DNA from: Chlamydiales bacterium | GTDB lineage: Bacteria; Chlamydiota; Chlamydiia; Chlamydiales; SM23-39 | Assembly: GCA_030681135.1 (NCBI GenBank) | Contig: JAUXXF010000033.1 | Location: 8,176-72,175 of the forward strand | DNA: 64,000 bases | Direction: 5' to 3' | In this document: positions 44,065 through 52,568 of the stretch, piece after piece | Layout of the letters: each line of letters starts with the position of its first letter | How positions within the stretch are numbered: position 1 is the stretch's first letter | Translations under genes and position numbers: made by a program | Notes under the pieces: model-generated | Told to the model about the DNA's origin: nothing | The model's database searches: none | What the model saw: only the letters and a program-made list of their open reading frames with translations

Positions 44065-45879
44065 CTATCCTTCCGGTCTAGCTGGAACAACATGAACGCC
44101 ATCTTGAGCGTAATGAATCGTTCCTCTTGTAGTAGGCAGCTTAACTTTTGTAGTCTCATCTACATGATATCCAATAAATTCCTCAAAATCGACAACTTCT
44201 TTATAGCCGGATTGGCCAGGTAATTTCGAATCTGGAGAAACTTTTCTTCCTTTGCCTGCACACTCCTTCACCAATCTTTGTGGATCGGGATGCTCTAGAA
44301 TACTTTTTGCGTCCTTCGGTTTATAATTCCTATGACCTTCTAGATGCTTGCCTTGTTTATCCCACTGAATTTTTAAGTTTGCGCTTTTTAAAACCTGTTC
44401 TCGACGAGCCAAATATTCGGAGGCTTCTTTGACAATCGTTTGTTTTCCAGAGGGTGACGCTAAAGCTTCAAGCGTCATATACTGATTAGCTCGTTTTAAG
44501 CTGCTATAGGCTTTTCCGGTGCCTTTTGTCAGAAGAATATCGATCCCAAATTTGCCAATAACTTCTCCGATTGACTCCCCTTTTTCAAAAGCTTCTAATC
44601 GATCAAACCGGTTAAGCAATGCCTTTAATTCAGGCGCCATTTGATCGATCATCTCCTGGGTCGAATGCTCTCTTAAATAATCGATACAATCCAAAGAAGC
44701 TCTGACAAATGCTGTGGAGGCTCCTACAGGATGAGCACAAAAAGCCCATAGACCACGACTAAGACCGTGCAATGAATTGAGTATCTGAGGGATATATTCA
44801 ATACATCCATTTCCGACTCCTTTAACAAGGCCTAATGCAATTCCAAGACCTATATCGGTAATTTGCTCCCACTCTACGCCACCCTGTTCGGTTTCAATCG
44901 AAGAGAAATCTGACTGCAGATAATCTTCGATAGCTTGTTCAAAATCTCCTAATTCAAAATAAGCAGCAGCCCGCTCAAGATAAGCCTCTTGCCCGCTAGG
45001 ATTCTTCGCAATCGCAGCAGTCAACGACTCAATGGCCTGTGCATATTGACCATATTCTGATTCCACTTGACCTCGGAGCAAATGTATTTTCCCAAGTTCA
45101 TTCGCAGAAAAAGATTTGTTTTCTAAGATATTTAATAAATGACGAAGCAACTGCATAGCTTCAAGATAGTCCTTTTGCAAAAGGGATTCGATCGTTGCTC
45201 GAAAAGAAATCCCCTCTGTCTGATGATGTTGCAAACACCAAAAAAAGATTTCCTGCAATAAAGCATCCATCTTATTATAAGTTTTATCAAGCTTGGCACG
45301 CCATAGAGCAAATTCATTTTCCTCTCCAAGCTCTTTTAAACTGAATGTTAATTGTTCCCGTTCATGTTGAAGCCAGCTCTCAGCATTATATGCTTCGCCT
45401 ATAGAATAAGCAGGACCTATCACGCGGCCATTTCGATAGGTTACATCACGTCCTGTTTCAGAAATCCTCTGGATAGCCTCAATATTTTCTCGATGAAGCT
45501 CTACTTCTTTGCGTAACCGTTCATTATATTCACTTTCGTTCTGAGAAAATCCCTTTTCAACTGTTTGAAAAGCTTCAATCAATGCTTTTTGCCGACAACA
45601 AATAAGAGAATCATCTTCCGAAAGACGTCTAATTTTATGCTTCTCATACCAAGCATCGGTTTTAAGACCATGAGCGTAAAAATCTTCTAGATGATATTTA
45701 GTCGTTTCAAATAAATATAAAATATCATAGGCAGCTCCATCATACCGAGGAACCCCACATCCACTACGACATGTAAACGACACACCTTCATACTCTAACT
45801 TGGCGCGCAAAGAATAGACATCTAGAGGAAACAAAAAATAGAGACATAGAAAAAAAATTCGCCAATACATCGACAACAT
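44065..45879 (-). CDS. Secreted TPR-containing polymorphic toxin with C-terminal nuclease-like toxin module
   Basis: 604 aa with the signal-like N-terminus MLSMYWRIFFLCLYFLFPLDVYS and TPR-like repeats (QAIESLTAAIAKNPSGQEAYLERAAAYFELGDFEQAIEDY). The C-terminal ~100 aa read WDKQGKHLEGHRNYKP...GYKEVVDFEEFIGYHVD...TTRGTIHYAQDGVHVVPARP, as in Ntox50-type toxin tips. Confidence 0.65.
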   Translation of the reverse strand: MLSMYWRIFFLCLYFLFPLDVYSLRAKLEYEGVSFTCRSGCGVPRYDGAAYDILYLFETTKYHLEDFYAHGLKTDAWYEKHKIRRLSEDDSLICCRQKALIEAFQTVEKGFSQNESEYNERLRKEVELHRENIEAIQRISETGRDVTYRNGRVIGPAYSIGEAYNAESWLQHEREQLTFSLKELGEENEFALWRAKLDKTYNKMDALLQEIFFWCLQHHQTEGISFRATIESLLQKDYLEAMQLLRHLLNILENKSFSANELGKIHLLRGQVESEYGQYAQAIESLTAAIAKNPSGQEAYLERAAAYFELGDFEQAIEDYLQSDFSSIETEQGGVEWEQITDIGLGIALGLVKGVGNGCIEYIPQILNSLHGLSRGLWAFCAHPVGASTAFVRASLDCIDYLREHSTQEMIDQMAPELKALLNRFDRLEAFEKGESIGEVIGKFGIDILLTKGTGKAYSSLKRANQYMTLEALASPSGKQTIVKEASEYLARREQVLKSANLKIQWDKQGKHLEGHRNYKPKDAKSILEHPDPQRLVKECAGKGRKVSPDSKLPGQSGYKEVVDFEEFIGYHVDETTKVKLPTTRGTIHYAQDGVHVVPARPEG

Positions 45880-45947
45880 ATTCTCCTTGCAAAAGCTTCA
45901 GAAGAAGATGAAAGAAAACCATTTAACTGACAAGTTTTTTTTTGCAT

Positions 45948-46787
45948 TTACACATTCGCTTTTCGTATGAGCCATTCTAAAAATCGGTAGAATAGCTGCA
46001 AAAAGCGCGAGGGATTTTGTCTTTGCTTTAACAAGGGAATGTTTTTCTGCCATATGGCCCAATTTTGCATACTGATCTGGGTAGAGCGACTTGTTTGGCT
46101 AAGTAAAGCCTTATGAAAGAGATCCCCTTCGAAAAATAGACGCCAGCTTTCTTGGCGTCTTTTGATTTGTTCAGGAATTTCCGCTGAAAGTGGCGCCTGA
46201 GGGATTGTCCTGGGACGGGCAAGAAAAACTGGGAGCTTGATTCCCGTTCGAAGACGCCGATTTTGTTGAATCAGTTCGAATTGATCATAGAAAAGAGAAA
46301 GTTTTGTTTTTTGATAGTGAATGTAATAACAGGGAGTGTTTCGTAAAAAAAGCTCAGTGGGACTTAGGTGCCGACGATTAAATCTTCGATCATCCAGCAG
46401 CCAAATGACAGTGTAGCCTAAAGAAGCGTAGTCCGCCATTCTCTCTTCCACTTCTTTTTGAGCAATGAACGAACATTGAATCTCAAAAATGATCTTGCAT
46501 CGATCCCAGCAAAGATCTGCGATCCTTCCGATGGAGGGAAAGGGACGCTCAATGACAACTTCTCCTTTGCAAAACAAGTTTTGCACTTGAAGCTGCAATA
46601 AAAGATGAGCTTCACTTTTGCTATAAAGGCGGCACCCGGGAGAGGTTTTTACATGGTAAAAATGGCGCCGCCTTCTTCCTTGTCTTACTTGTAAAGCTCC
46701 CCTGCACTCTAGACAGCAGTAAGCCTTTTTATGAAGCGCGTCATCGGCAGAAATTAATTGTTCAAGGTCAAGCGCATACAAGGCCAT
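45948..46787 (-). CDS. Competence protein CoiA-like nuclease family protein
   Basis: 279 aa with the N-terminal zinc-ribbon-like motif YCCLECRGALQVRQGRRRRHFYHV...C...SEAHLLLQ, typical of CoiA. Confidence 0.7.
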   Translation of the reverse strand: MALYALDLEQLISADDALHKKAYCCLECRGALQVRQGRRRRHFYHVKTSPGCRLYSKSEAHLLLQLQVQNLFCKGEVVIERPFPSIGRIADLCWDRCKIIFEIQCSFIAQKEVEERMADYASLGYTVIWLLDDRRFNRRHLSPTELFLRNTPCYYIHYQKTKLSLFYDQFELIQQNRRLRTGIKLPVFLARPRTIPQAPLSAEIPEQIKRRQESWRLFFEGDLFHKALLSQTSRSTQISMQNWAIWQKNIPLLKQRQNPSRFLQLFYRFLEWLIRKANV

Positions 46788-46792
46788 TTTTT

Positions 46793-46954
46793 AACTCGAC
46801 TTTGGCCATTTCTCGGGGCCGATTTCTCGTCTATTCGCTTCCAGGCGTCTTGAATTTCTTTTAGGTGGCATTTCAAGCCTACCTTAAAGAAATTCAAGGC
46901 ACCTGGAAGCGAATAGACGAGAAATCGGCTCCCTCAAATGGCCAAAGTCGAGTT
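46793..46954. repeat. 162-bp palindromic MITE-like element filling the coiA-like/brnQ intergenic region
   Basis: Arms of about 69 nt (aactcgactttggccattt...cttgaatttcttt and its reverse complement, with a few mismatches) flank a ~24-nt centre. The right end touches the brnQ stop codon. Confidence 0.8.
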
Positions 46955-48087
46955 TAAACATCCGCAGTCTTCCAGTGAAAAAGATTGAATAAGGTCAACA
47001 CGATTAAGCCAGGATAGACAACTTGTAAAAGAGGCCCTAAAAAAGCTGCGATCCCCCCAAATCCTAAATTGGCAACAAGGGTAGCTGCAACCAAAGTAAG
47101 AATAATGGCTAGAGAAGGACTGATTTTTCCCTTACAAAGGTCTTTGCGTAGATAATCAGCAAAAATGGAAACTAAAGTCATAGCTGTTGTTAAACAAGCT
47201 GTAAAAATAGCGATCGCTGCAATAGAGCCTCCAATTGGCCCCAAGATGTTTACAGCTATAGCGCCCAGCATTTGCTCTGTAGGACAATCAGAGCCTAAAG
47301 CTGCTGCATGGCGAGCAGAAATTAGACAGAGTCCAATGTAGGTCAAAAAGAGCAAAAACGCTGCGATCAGACTGGAAAAAACCATCTTTTTTACCAAGGA
47401 TCTCTGTCTTTCTGCCGGATGTTCTAATTCTGCTTCCTTTTGAAAATGAGGCAATACAACCGTAGCAAAAAGAAAAGCCGCGATCAGATCCATCGTATTG
47501 TATCCCCCAAGCAAACCTTCTAAAAAGCTCTCTTTTGCTGAAAGAGTTGTGAAAGATAAAGAAGATCCATCCATAAGACCAAAAAACACCAAAGCCGTTA
47601 AGGAAAGCAGCAAGACCGGAGTCAAATACACTCCTAAAAGAGCAATTAAGCGGCTCCGTTTATAACTAGATCCAAAAATCAACAGGCCAACAAGAGCGCT
47701 AAATAGCATAAGCGGCATCTCAAAAAAATAAGGTTTTATCGTAGCATGCATCAGAGTGATCAATCGAGGAATGACTCCAAAGGGACCCAGAATCAACTGC
47801 AGAAGAAGTAATAAAAACACTCCTGGATAGGTTCCAAGCCTTCCAAAAAAGCGGCGGGTATCTCCTTGAAACAGCATCATAGCGATAAGCCCAAGAAGAG
47901 GAACAATGACAGCTGTCAGACCAAGACCTAAAATGGCAAACCAAACATGATGCCCCACTAATCTTCCAATAAAGAGAGGAAAAATCAAGTTTCCAGCTCC
48001 AAAAAACATAGAAAACAAGGCAAGGCCCGTAGTAAAAAGACTTTGGAAATTCTTTTGCCTCGGTATAATTCGTTGTTGAGTTGACAT
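46954..48087 (-). CDS. brnQ: Branched-chain amino acid transport carrier BrnQ (LIVCS family)
   Basis: 377 aa, polytopic membrane protein with the N-terminal signature FTTGLALFSMFFGAGNLIFPLFIG. Confidence 0.85.
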   Translation of the reverse strand: MSTQQRIIPRQKNFQSLFTTGLALFSMFFGAGNLIFPLFIGRLVGHHVWFAILGLGLTAVIVPLLGLIAMMLFQGDTRRFFGRLGTYPGVFLLLLLQLILGPFGVIPRLITLMHATIKPYFFEMPLMLFSALVGLLIFGSSYKRSRLIALLGVYLTPVLLLSLTALVFFGLMDGSSLSFTTLSAKESFLEGLLGGYNTMDLIAAFLFATVVLPHFQKEAELEHPAERQRSLVKKMVFSSLIAAFLLFLTYIGLCLISARHAAALGSDCPTEQMLGAIAVNILGPIGGSIAAIAIFTACLTTAMTLVSIFADYLRKDLCKGKISPSLAIILTLVAATLVANLGFGGIAAFLGPLLQVVYPGLIVLTLFNLFHWKTADV

Positions 48088-48234
48088 AACTACTCCTCTA
48101 ATGCGGCCTTTTTGAGAGAATGATATTAATTAACCAGGCCAATAAAAATCAAATAAAAAATAATTATATATCATTAATACAATTTATACAAAAACTACCT
48201 TAGAGACTGTCCACGAACTTAGTTTCAGTCGATT

Positions 48235-48798
48235 TTAGGGATTGTTTTGGCTATTCTCATGTCCAAGTAGCCACTGCTTGCGCTCAACACCGCCAGCATA
48301 GCCGCCTAATTGTCCATTTGCATAAATAACGCGGTGGCAAGGAACCACTACCGCAAGTTGGTTGGCTCCATTTGCCTGTGCAACAGCACGGTAAGAGCTG
48401 GGCTTTCCAATGGCAAGAGCCAAATCAGCGTAAGAAATTGTTTTGCCGTAAGGGATTTTTCTCAATTCCTCCCAAACACGCTGCTGAAAAGGGGTGCCTA
48501 AGAAAACTAAAGGTGTATTGAAAGTTGTTAACTTGCCCTCAAAGTACTGATGAAGTTCTTTTTCTAGCGAACGAATAGCCTGAGTCTGACCATCCGTAAT
48601 GATCGATTTAGTCTTTTTTTTAAGAAATTCTATCTCTTGCGCTAAGCCGGGACGATCTGTAAATTCTAAGAGGTAAACAACTTCCTCGCTTGCAACCACT
48701 CTCATGGGTCCAGGCGGCATATCAAGCCAAGCAGTTTTAAGAACAAGGTTTTCATTTTCCATAGGAAGTAGAATAAAAGCATGACCTGTATTAATCAA
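48235..48798 (-). CDS. ogt: Methylated-DNA--protein-cysteine methyltransferase
   Basis: It has the active-site motif VVPCHRVI and the helix-turn-helix region ISYADLALAIGKPSSYRAVAQANGAN. The start may be the internal Met (MENENL...). Confidence 0.88.
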   Translation of the reverse strand: MINTGHAFILLPMENENLVLKTAWLDMPPGPMRVVASEEVVYLLEFTDRPGLAQEIEFLKKKTKSIITDGQTQAIRSLEKELHQYFEGKLTTFNTPLVFLGTPFQQRVWEELRKIPYGKTISYADLALAIGKPSSYRAVAQANGANQLAVVVPCHRVIYANGQLGGYAGGVERKQWLLGHENSQNNP

Positions 48799-48838
48799 CC
48801 TATCTCAACAATATTTTACCTATGGTTTACTTTATTGC

Positions 48839-49696
48839 TTAACGGTCCCTAACCAGGCCATATCCTGAAGCCCACTGCTGCAAAAAGATCTTCAAGTTCT
48901 GGATTTCTTCCTCGGGAGAATCTTGCACAGCCTTGGAAAAACCGCTTCTGCCTACATCGAATTGGATCACCTCATCTCCCAAAAAACCAAAATTTTTCTC
49001 AAGCACCCGACGATTGCTCAGATCCTTAACCCCCTTTTTGGCTCGTAATACAAAAAAATCCTCTAAAGCTTGTACGAGTTTTTTCTTCTCTTCTTGAGTC
49101 TTTGCGTTTGCAATCCTTTCTCCTGTAAGAACAGCTTTATGCTGCAGCACAAAAGAAACTCGATCTAATTCAATCAGATGTTTTTCGCCGATGTGATCAA
49201 AAAAAACCAAGGTCGGTAATCGATTGGTCGTAGGGTTTAAATGAAGAGCGATTGTTCCTGTCTCTTTTTGCATCCCTTGAACAACCTCCGCATAATGTTT
49301 CATAGAATCTAACATCTTTTGCCTACGGACTTTTTGGCGCAGTTTTTGCCTTTCTTGATGGGGCTTAGGAAAAAGCCAATGGATTATATTCGGTATAGTA
49401 TAGCGCTTTTCCCCTTGAAAAGCTTTCAGCAGGAAAAATTTAATGACAAAATGTCCATCCTGGCTCAAAAAAGCAAGAGTCTCTTCTCCACGGCCCAAGA
49501 AAAAAAAGGGCTGTTGTAAAATCGCAGAAAGATCAGGCAATGCAAATTCAGGAAATTTTTCTGGCGTATCAAGAGCAATTTTGTCGAAGCTAAAAGTAAC
49601 AGGTTTTCGCTCATGAAGAAGGTGGCGAATTTGCTGAGAAAAAAAAACTCTAGAGCAAAGAAGAGTGATAAGAAAAAAAACAAACCACTTTTTCAA
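48839..49696 (-). CDS. Hypothetical signal/anchor protein, paralog of 26257-27117
   Basis: 285 aa, colinear with the ORF at 26257-27117 (see that entry). Confidence 0.7.
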   Translation of the reverse strand: MKKWFVFFLITLLCSRVFFSQQIRHLLHERKPVTFSFDKIALDTPEKFPEFALPDLSAILQQPFFFLGRGEETLAFLSQDGHFVIKFFLLKAFQGEKRYTIPNIIHWLFPKPHQERQKLRQKVRRQKMLDSMKHYAEVVQGMQKETGTIALHLNPTTNRLPTLVFFDHIGEKHLIELDRVSFVLQHKAVLTGERIANAKTQEEKKKLVQALEDFFVLRAKKGVKDLSNRRVLEKNFGFLGDEVIQFDVGRSGFSKAVQDSPEEEIQNLKIFLQQWASGYGLVRDR

Positions 49697-49745
49697 ACGT
49701 TAACTTCTCCTGAAAAATCTATACTCTTTAAATTTTGAAAAAAAA

Positions 49746-50525
49746 TCAACTTTTGTGAACGACAAGCTTTAAAGTTGCTTTTTCAATTGGCTGACCATGA
49801 GGAATCTCGATCATAAATAAATCACACTTTTCCATTGGCAACATTGGTAGCTGAGAGCCAGGCTCTTCAGAAAATTGAGATCCAGACCAACGCATCGCTA
49901 GAGCATTCAAGAGGTTTTCTCCGGAGATAATGAAAATCGTTTTTCCTTGGTCCTTACTAAGGATAGTTTTCAAATCTAAAAGAGCTCTAGCGGAAGCTTC
50001 ATAAAAACTCTCTCCCATAAACACTTTAGGAGTCATATATTTATCGGCAGCAGAAAGATTTTTCCATGTTTGATATTCATTCTTATAGAGCTGATCTTTG
50101 GATTTTCCTTCCCAAATACCCATTCCTACTTCTATGAGTCCCTCATAGGTCTCACCTATTGCAATTTGGCTTTCCGCAGAAAGAAGCTGCAATGCTGTTT
50201 GCTCCGCTCGTTTAGCTGGTGCAGTGTGAATGACAACATCTCGAATTTTTGAAGAGAGAGCAGCTTTTAACTGAAATGCTTGTTCAAGTCCCCTCTCAGT
50301 TAATGGAACATTCGGACTTTTTCCTGAGGTAAATACAGTCCCATTTTCGTCCTGGATACTATACTCGCTTTCTCCATTTGGAATAAAATACATTCGGGTC
50401 ATTTCACTTGTCGAAACGGGCAATTGAGTCATGTTTTGAATAGACTCAATTCGAATCTCTTCAGAGCTCAAAAACAGATGACCTGAGCAGGCACATAGTA
50501 AACGAAGAAAAATCATTTGTATCAT
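49746..50525 (-). CDS. Histidine-phosphatase-superfamily (PGAM-like) protein lacking the catalytic histidines
   Basis: 259 aa with a signal-like N-terminus. The family layout is conserved (LTERGLEQA, APAKRAEQTA, GESFYE). RHG is replaced by PNG (YFIPNGESEY), and the distal (V/I)SHG motif is replaced by ISGEN. Confidence 0.65.
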   Translation of the reverse strand: MIQMIFLRLLCACSGHLFLSSEEIRIESIQNMTQLPVSTSEMTRMYFIPNGESEYSIQDENGTVFTSGKSPNVPLTERGLEQAFQLKAALSSKIRDVVIHTAPAKRAEQTALQLLSAESQIAIGETYEGLIEVGMGIWEGKSKDQLYKNEYQTWKNLSAADKYMTPKVFMGESFYEASARALLDLKTILSKDQGKTIFIISGENLLNALAMRWSGSQFSEEPGSQLPMLPMEKCDLFMIEIPHGQPIEKATLKLVVHKS

Positions 50526-50646
50526 GTCAGAGCTCCTTAAACCTGATTTTTTTTAGTATATTTTTCTACCATGATTCCATCAATATCTATGCTGAAAACT
50601 TTGGCTAATTGACAGATGATTTACTGATCTGATATCGACTATTCTT

Positions 50647-51762
50647 ATGATGCAATATGTTCTTATTTGGCTTTTCTTGCTTGTCAGCGCATTGGAAATC
50701 AATGCCTGTACAGGAATCAAACTGATGGCAAAAGACGGTTCGATGGTGCATGGAAGGACCTTGGAATTTGGTCTTCCAATCGACTCTTTTCTAGCGGTCA
50801 TTCCTCGAGGTTACCGATTTGTTGGAACAACACCGATGGGTGATGGATTAACTTACACTGTAAAATACGCAGTAGTTGGAATTGCTGTCTTCGACGATAT
50901 AGCCATCCTAGATGGAATCAACGAGAAAGGATTGGCGGTAGGCACGTTCTTTTTTCCGGGATTTGCCGAATATGCATCCATCACAGACAAAAACCAGACC
51001 CGAGCTCTTTCACCCTCGGAATTTCCGCACTGGATTCTGACGCAGTTTGCAAGCATAGACGAAGTAGAAAGCGCCCTGGGAAATGTACTTATTGCGCCGA
51101 CTCTTGTAGACGGCTGGGGAAATGCCCCTCCCCCTTTTCATTACATTGTGTATGATCAATCAGGGAAATGCCTTGTCATTGAACCATTAAACGGCAAGCT
51201 GGTGACTTACGACAATCCTCTTGGTGTTTTTACAAATTCGCCCACTTTTGATTGGCATTTGACAAACCTCCGCAATTTCATCAACTTGCGCTCTGTGAAT
51301 ACGCCTCCTTTAACAATCGATGGGATGACATTTGCACCGTTTGGACAAGGCTCTGGCCTAGTGGGGCTTCCTGGCGATTTCACCCCTCCTTCACGATTTG
51401 TGCGCGCAGCTATTTTTTCCCATGCAGCGATCCCTTCAGATCGGGCAGAGCAAGCCGTTTTCCAAGCCTTTCATATTTTAAATCAATTTGACATTCCCCT
51501 AGGCGCAGTCCGCTCTCTTGAAAAGGGAAAGATCCATGCTGACTATACTATGGTCACTTGCGTGCGCGATCCAACAGCTTTGCGCTATTATTTTAAGACC
51601 TATCAGGACCAAACCATTCGTATGGTCGACCTTTCTTCTTTTGATCTCAATGCAAAAACAATCAAAAAAATGTCCACAAAAGGCACTGAGAAAATAGTGG
51701 ATATTTCTAAACAGCTTGTGCCGGTTTCCAGATCTACAAAAACGAATTCATTTAAAGATTAA
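50647..51762 (+). CDS. Choloylglycine hydrolase / penicillin V acylase family Ntn hydrolase
   Basis: 371 aa. A signal peptide ends ...ALEINA, followed directly by CTGIKLMAKDGSMVHGRTLEF (N-terminal nucleophile Cys). Confidence 0.82.
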   Translation: MMQYVLIWLFLLVSALEINACTGIKLMAKDGSMVHGRTLEFGLPIDSFLAVIPRGYRFVGTTPMGDGLTYTVKYAVVGIAVFDDIAILDGINEKGLAVGTFFFPGFAEYASITDKNQTRALSPSEFPHWILTQFASIDEVESALGNVLIAPTLVDGWGNAPPPFHYIVYDQSGKCLVIEPLNGKLVTYDNPLGVFTNSPTFDWHLTNLRNFINLRSVNTPPLTIDGMTFAPFGQGSGLVGLPGDFTPPSRFVRAAIFSHAAIPSDRAEQAVFQAFHILNQFDIPLGAVRSLEKGKIHADYTMVTCVRDPTALRYYFKTYQDQTIRMVDLSSFDLNAKTIKKMSTKGTEKIVDISKQLVPVSRSTKTNSFKD

Positions 51763-51865
51763 ATGATTCCTAGCAATTTTAAGAGAATAACAACGACCAG
51801 AGGAACTCCCAAGAGCCATAAAATAAGCATTTTCCCCATAAACCCTCTTTCTACGTCCGCGCTCA

Positions 51866-52007
51866 CCCACTCAGGTTGTGTGAATTTCAGCAGATTTTTT
51901 AGCTCAGCAGCATTGCGAAGCTCACTACAAGCTCAAAGAGCTTATAAGAGCAAACAATGTGCTGGAGCAAAAAAATGCTCACCAAAATTCACACAACCTG
52001 AGTGGGC
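51866..52007. repeat. ~142-bp imperfect palindromic element downstream of the Ntn-hydrolase gene
   Basis: cccactcaggttgtgtgaattt (51866-51887) is perfectly complementary to aaattcacacaacctgagtggg (51986-52007). The inner sequence is also partly self-complementary. Confidence 0.75.
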
Positions 52008-52455
52008 GTAAAAGCAATTACCAGAACTTTCTTCTCTTACGCTTATTTTATTAGAATTTTTATTTTTAATTCAATCTTTTATAAAAAATCTAATAATTAA
52101 AGATTCAATTAGCTAAAAATCATACTCTTAAAACGACGGCATAGCTCAAATTTTCAAGTCCCCCTCTTAAGGCTTAATAAATTAAGCATACAGATTGATA
52201 TTTTCAATATGCTTTATACAAATTATTTCACACAGGAAAATCTTATATTGTGGTTATGGTAAAACTTGGAATTTTGGGAGCTATTGCGCAACATTCAGAT
52301 TGCGCAATTAGCCCCGCCCTAATTGTGGGTAGAAGAGCAAGAACATTGCCACATTCGCCCAATTATCAAAAATGGAGAGCTTCTGGCGAGAAAACGCGGA
52401 ATGTTAATAGCCTCTCCTCCTCATCACATAATCTAGACACACCTTAATAAAGCAA

Positions 52456-52481
52456 CTCCCTCAAATGACCAAAGTCCAGTT
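52456..52481. repeat. Solo copy of the terminal 26 nt of the 46793-46954 palindromic element
   Basis: ctccctcaaatgaccaaagtccagtt compares with ctccctcaaatggccaaagtcgagtt at 46929-46954 (2 mismatches). Confidence 0.6.
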
Positions 52482-52568
52482 ACAACAAAAACACAAATTC
52501 GAATAGGAAAAATGTCCTTAGTTGTTCAAAAAAATTGATCTCAATGGAGATATCGAATAAAACCAAGC

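Noticed and set aside
51763-52447. Track ORFs 51763-52011 (82 aa) and 52250-52447 (65 aa).
   Set aside because: The first is generated by the palindromic element, since its two halves are reverse complements. The second lies in AT-rich intergenic DNA with no RBS or recognisable motif.
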